DNA of 64,000 nucleotides, from the NCBI GenBank assembly GCA_050084985.1, contig JBITNC010000001.1, positions 133,920,001-133,984,000 of the forward strand, given 5' to 3'. Under the pieces are notes generated by a model that was not told the origin of the DNA, did not search any database, and saw nothing but the letters and a program-made list of their open reading frames with translations. The position numbers were made by a program, and so were the translations under genes. How positions within the stretch are numbered: position 1 is the stretch's first letter; each line of letters begins with the position of its first letter. Positions 61,830 to 64,000 of this stretch are shown here, one piece after another. The stretch comes from Nageia nagi. Taxonomy: Eukaryota; Plantae; Pinophyta.

Positions 61830-64000
61830 TAATTACCAAGATCACTTGGAAGACACTCAACTCCAACTAAACATAATCATAATAACCATTGCTAATCTCA
61901 CATAAGATACATAAGAGACACAATATAAAGTGGTTCCTCCCTCCTTGGGAATACGTTCACTAACTAAGATCTCATTACTCTAAGATGCACTCTCTTACAA
62001 TCTACATTCCTACAAGCATACTATGAGCATAACTTTGCTCCTAAAACTTGAGTGAGTTTCCAAAAAGGGAGGCCCTCTATTTATAGGATAAAATCTCCAC
62101 CTTAACCTCCCTTTTACCAAAAGGTAAGGTTAAGGTTCCACAATATAATATTTATTAAACACTTAATGGTATCTAGTAATACTTTAAGTGTTTAATTGGT
62201 TACATAGAGGTAAACATTAATGCTCAATATTACATTACAAATTCTAACACTCCCCCTTAATGTAATATTGGGATAGAGCATAGAAGAAGAAGAAAGAGAG
62301 TTATCAGTCATAGAGATAAAAGTGGAGATGAGAACATTTACATTTTTGAGCTCATTTGAGATTTTAGTTTGAGACTCACTACTTTACCATTTGAAAAAAT
62401 GATTTACAATACAATCATTGACCACAACTAGTTTCATTGTATAGAGTAGTCGATCAACAAGTTGTCATGTGAGTCTCCATGAGTCTACCAACCTGAAGTA
62501 AGTAACATGCACTATCAAGAATAAACCTATAAGCTATAAGCAACTCATAAACAATATCACTTATATGCATCATATAAACATTCATATCAACATAGAATAA
62601 ATGAACTAAGTAATGCCATTCATAAACTGATCAGTGGTGCACTATAAATTATCATAAAGATACCAAGCTAACACCTATATTTACTTGCTGTATATAAAAT
62701 ATTTGTTGATTAATATCCAAAAATAGAACATAAGCACATACGAATTCCTCACTTATGGTAACCAAATAATGCAAAAATTCATATATTGATTTCTCACATA
62801 GTGATAATTGAAACAGTGCATATGGTTTCTCACATATGGAAAATCAAACACTGCCAAAATGCATGTACTAATTCCTGACATAATGATGCTAGCAAAAACC
62901 AATTTGTACCATGAGTTTCTCACACAGAGCGAACTGAGCACAAAGGTGTACATAAAATGCTCAATATAGTTCCTAACATAGAGTGAACTAACCATGAAGG
63001 TAATAAAATTGTACAATAGTTCTTCAAATAGAGCGAACTAACCATGAAGGTGTACATAAAGATCAACATTGTACAATAAAAAATCCTCCTAGAGATGAAG
63101 TTGTTAGCACAAATATGAATTCAACACAAGAATTCAAACTTCACTCCCCCTTGAGGATAACTTCACTAACCATAAGAAACTTTTAAAGTGTGCATAACAT
63201 AGTTTATAAGCGATCTAGTGAATAAATCAAGAGAGAAAAAGTTAGATAAATAGAGTTGCAATTTTTTCATCAAGAACTTTTTCTTTGAGATAATGTGTTT
63301 GGATTTGGGTTGCACTATAAATCATCATGAAGATGCTAAGCCAATACTTATAGTCAACCATAAAATAAGAATTCAACAAGAATCCAAAAGGTATACTTGT
63401 ATTTGTGATGCACTATAAGTCATCACGAAGATGCCAAGCCAATACTTATAGTTAACCATACAATAAGAATTCAACATAAATTCAAAAGGTGTGCTTGGAT
63501 TTTTGGTGCACTATAAGTTATCATGAAGATGCCAAGCCAATACTTATAGTCAACCATACAACAAGAATTCAACACAAATTGAAAATGTGTGCTTGGATTT
63601 ATGGTGCACTATAAGTCATCATGGAGATGCCAAGCCAATACTTATAGTCAACCATACAACAAAAATTCAACATGAATTGAAAAGGTGTGCTTGGATTTAT
63701 GGTGCACTATAAGTCATCACGAAGATGCCAAGCCAATGCTTATAGCCAACCATACAATAAGAATTCAACATGAATTCAAAAAATGTGCTTGGATTTGTGG
63801 TGCACTATAAATCATCACAGAGATTCCAAGTTAATACTTATAATCAACCATACAATAAGAATTCAACATAAATTAAAAATGTGTGCTTGGATTTATAGTG
63901 CACTATAAGTCATCACGGATATGCCAAGCCAATACTTATAGTCAACCATTCAAGAATTCAAAATATGCTTGGATTTATGATGCACTATAAATAGTGACTT
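61830..64000 (-). mobile_element. 3' LTR (to 62249) and 3' non-coding region of a copia-like LTR element running off the window
   Basis: ..TAACA|CTCCCCCTT LTR/PPT junction at 62245-62258, TATA-like CTATTTATAGG near 62077, and a second CACTCCCCCTTGA near 63142. The left LTR boundary is uncertain. Confidence 0.65.
63290..64000. repeat. ~98-bp tandem repeat, >7 copies, each with an internal inverted repeat
   Basis: GCACTATAA at about 63312, 63409, 63508, 63606, 63703, 63802, 63900 and 63982. Confidence 0.95.

Noticed and set aside
63290-64000. CRISPR-like array of palindromic repeats
   Set aside because: The whole 98-bp unit repeats with no unique spacers, there are no cas genes, and the context is eukaryotic.

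Overview
Eukaryotic, AT-rich, repeat-dominated plant DNA. The giant TE-filled intron and the retroelement types point to a gymnosperm-sized genome (inference). The one host gene I can support is the 5' part of a UVR8 UV-B photoreceptor (RCC1-repeat beta-propeller) on the minus strand. It has three coding exons (51065-50993, 10183-9997, 7012-6866) that splice GT-AG into one open frame; the remaining exons lie left of the window. Intron 1 is 40,809 bp and holds two nests of transposons. Nest 1 is a coding-poor LTR element (11468-27355). Its 5' LTR carries a pol-less copia derivative (TSD GATTT), its 3' LTR carries a full-length hAT transposon (TSD GGATTTAC), and its interior carries a deleted chromovirus-type gypsy. 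Nest 2 is an RTE/RTEX-like LINE interrupted by a small Met-PBS LTR element (32684-49568). That element contains an LTR fragment and a ~14 kb Tat-type gypsy with aRH placed before RT and a long extra 3' ORF. Upstream of UVR8 are a GC-rich promoter, a Mutator-like MITE, a Pack-MULE-like foldback with a PPR gene fragment in both arms, a decayed L1, an LTR copy, degenerate (CCCTAA)n repeats, and a copia-like 3' end with a ~98-bp tandem hairpin array. All TE coding regions are disrupted. There is no CRISPR array or prokaryotic system. The best candidates for novelty are the PPR-carrying foldback, the Tat extra ORF and the hairpin array.
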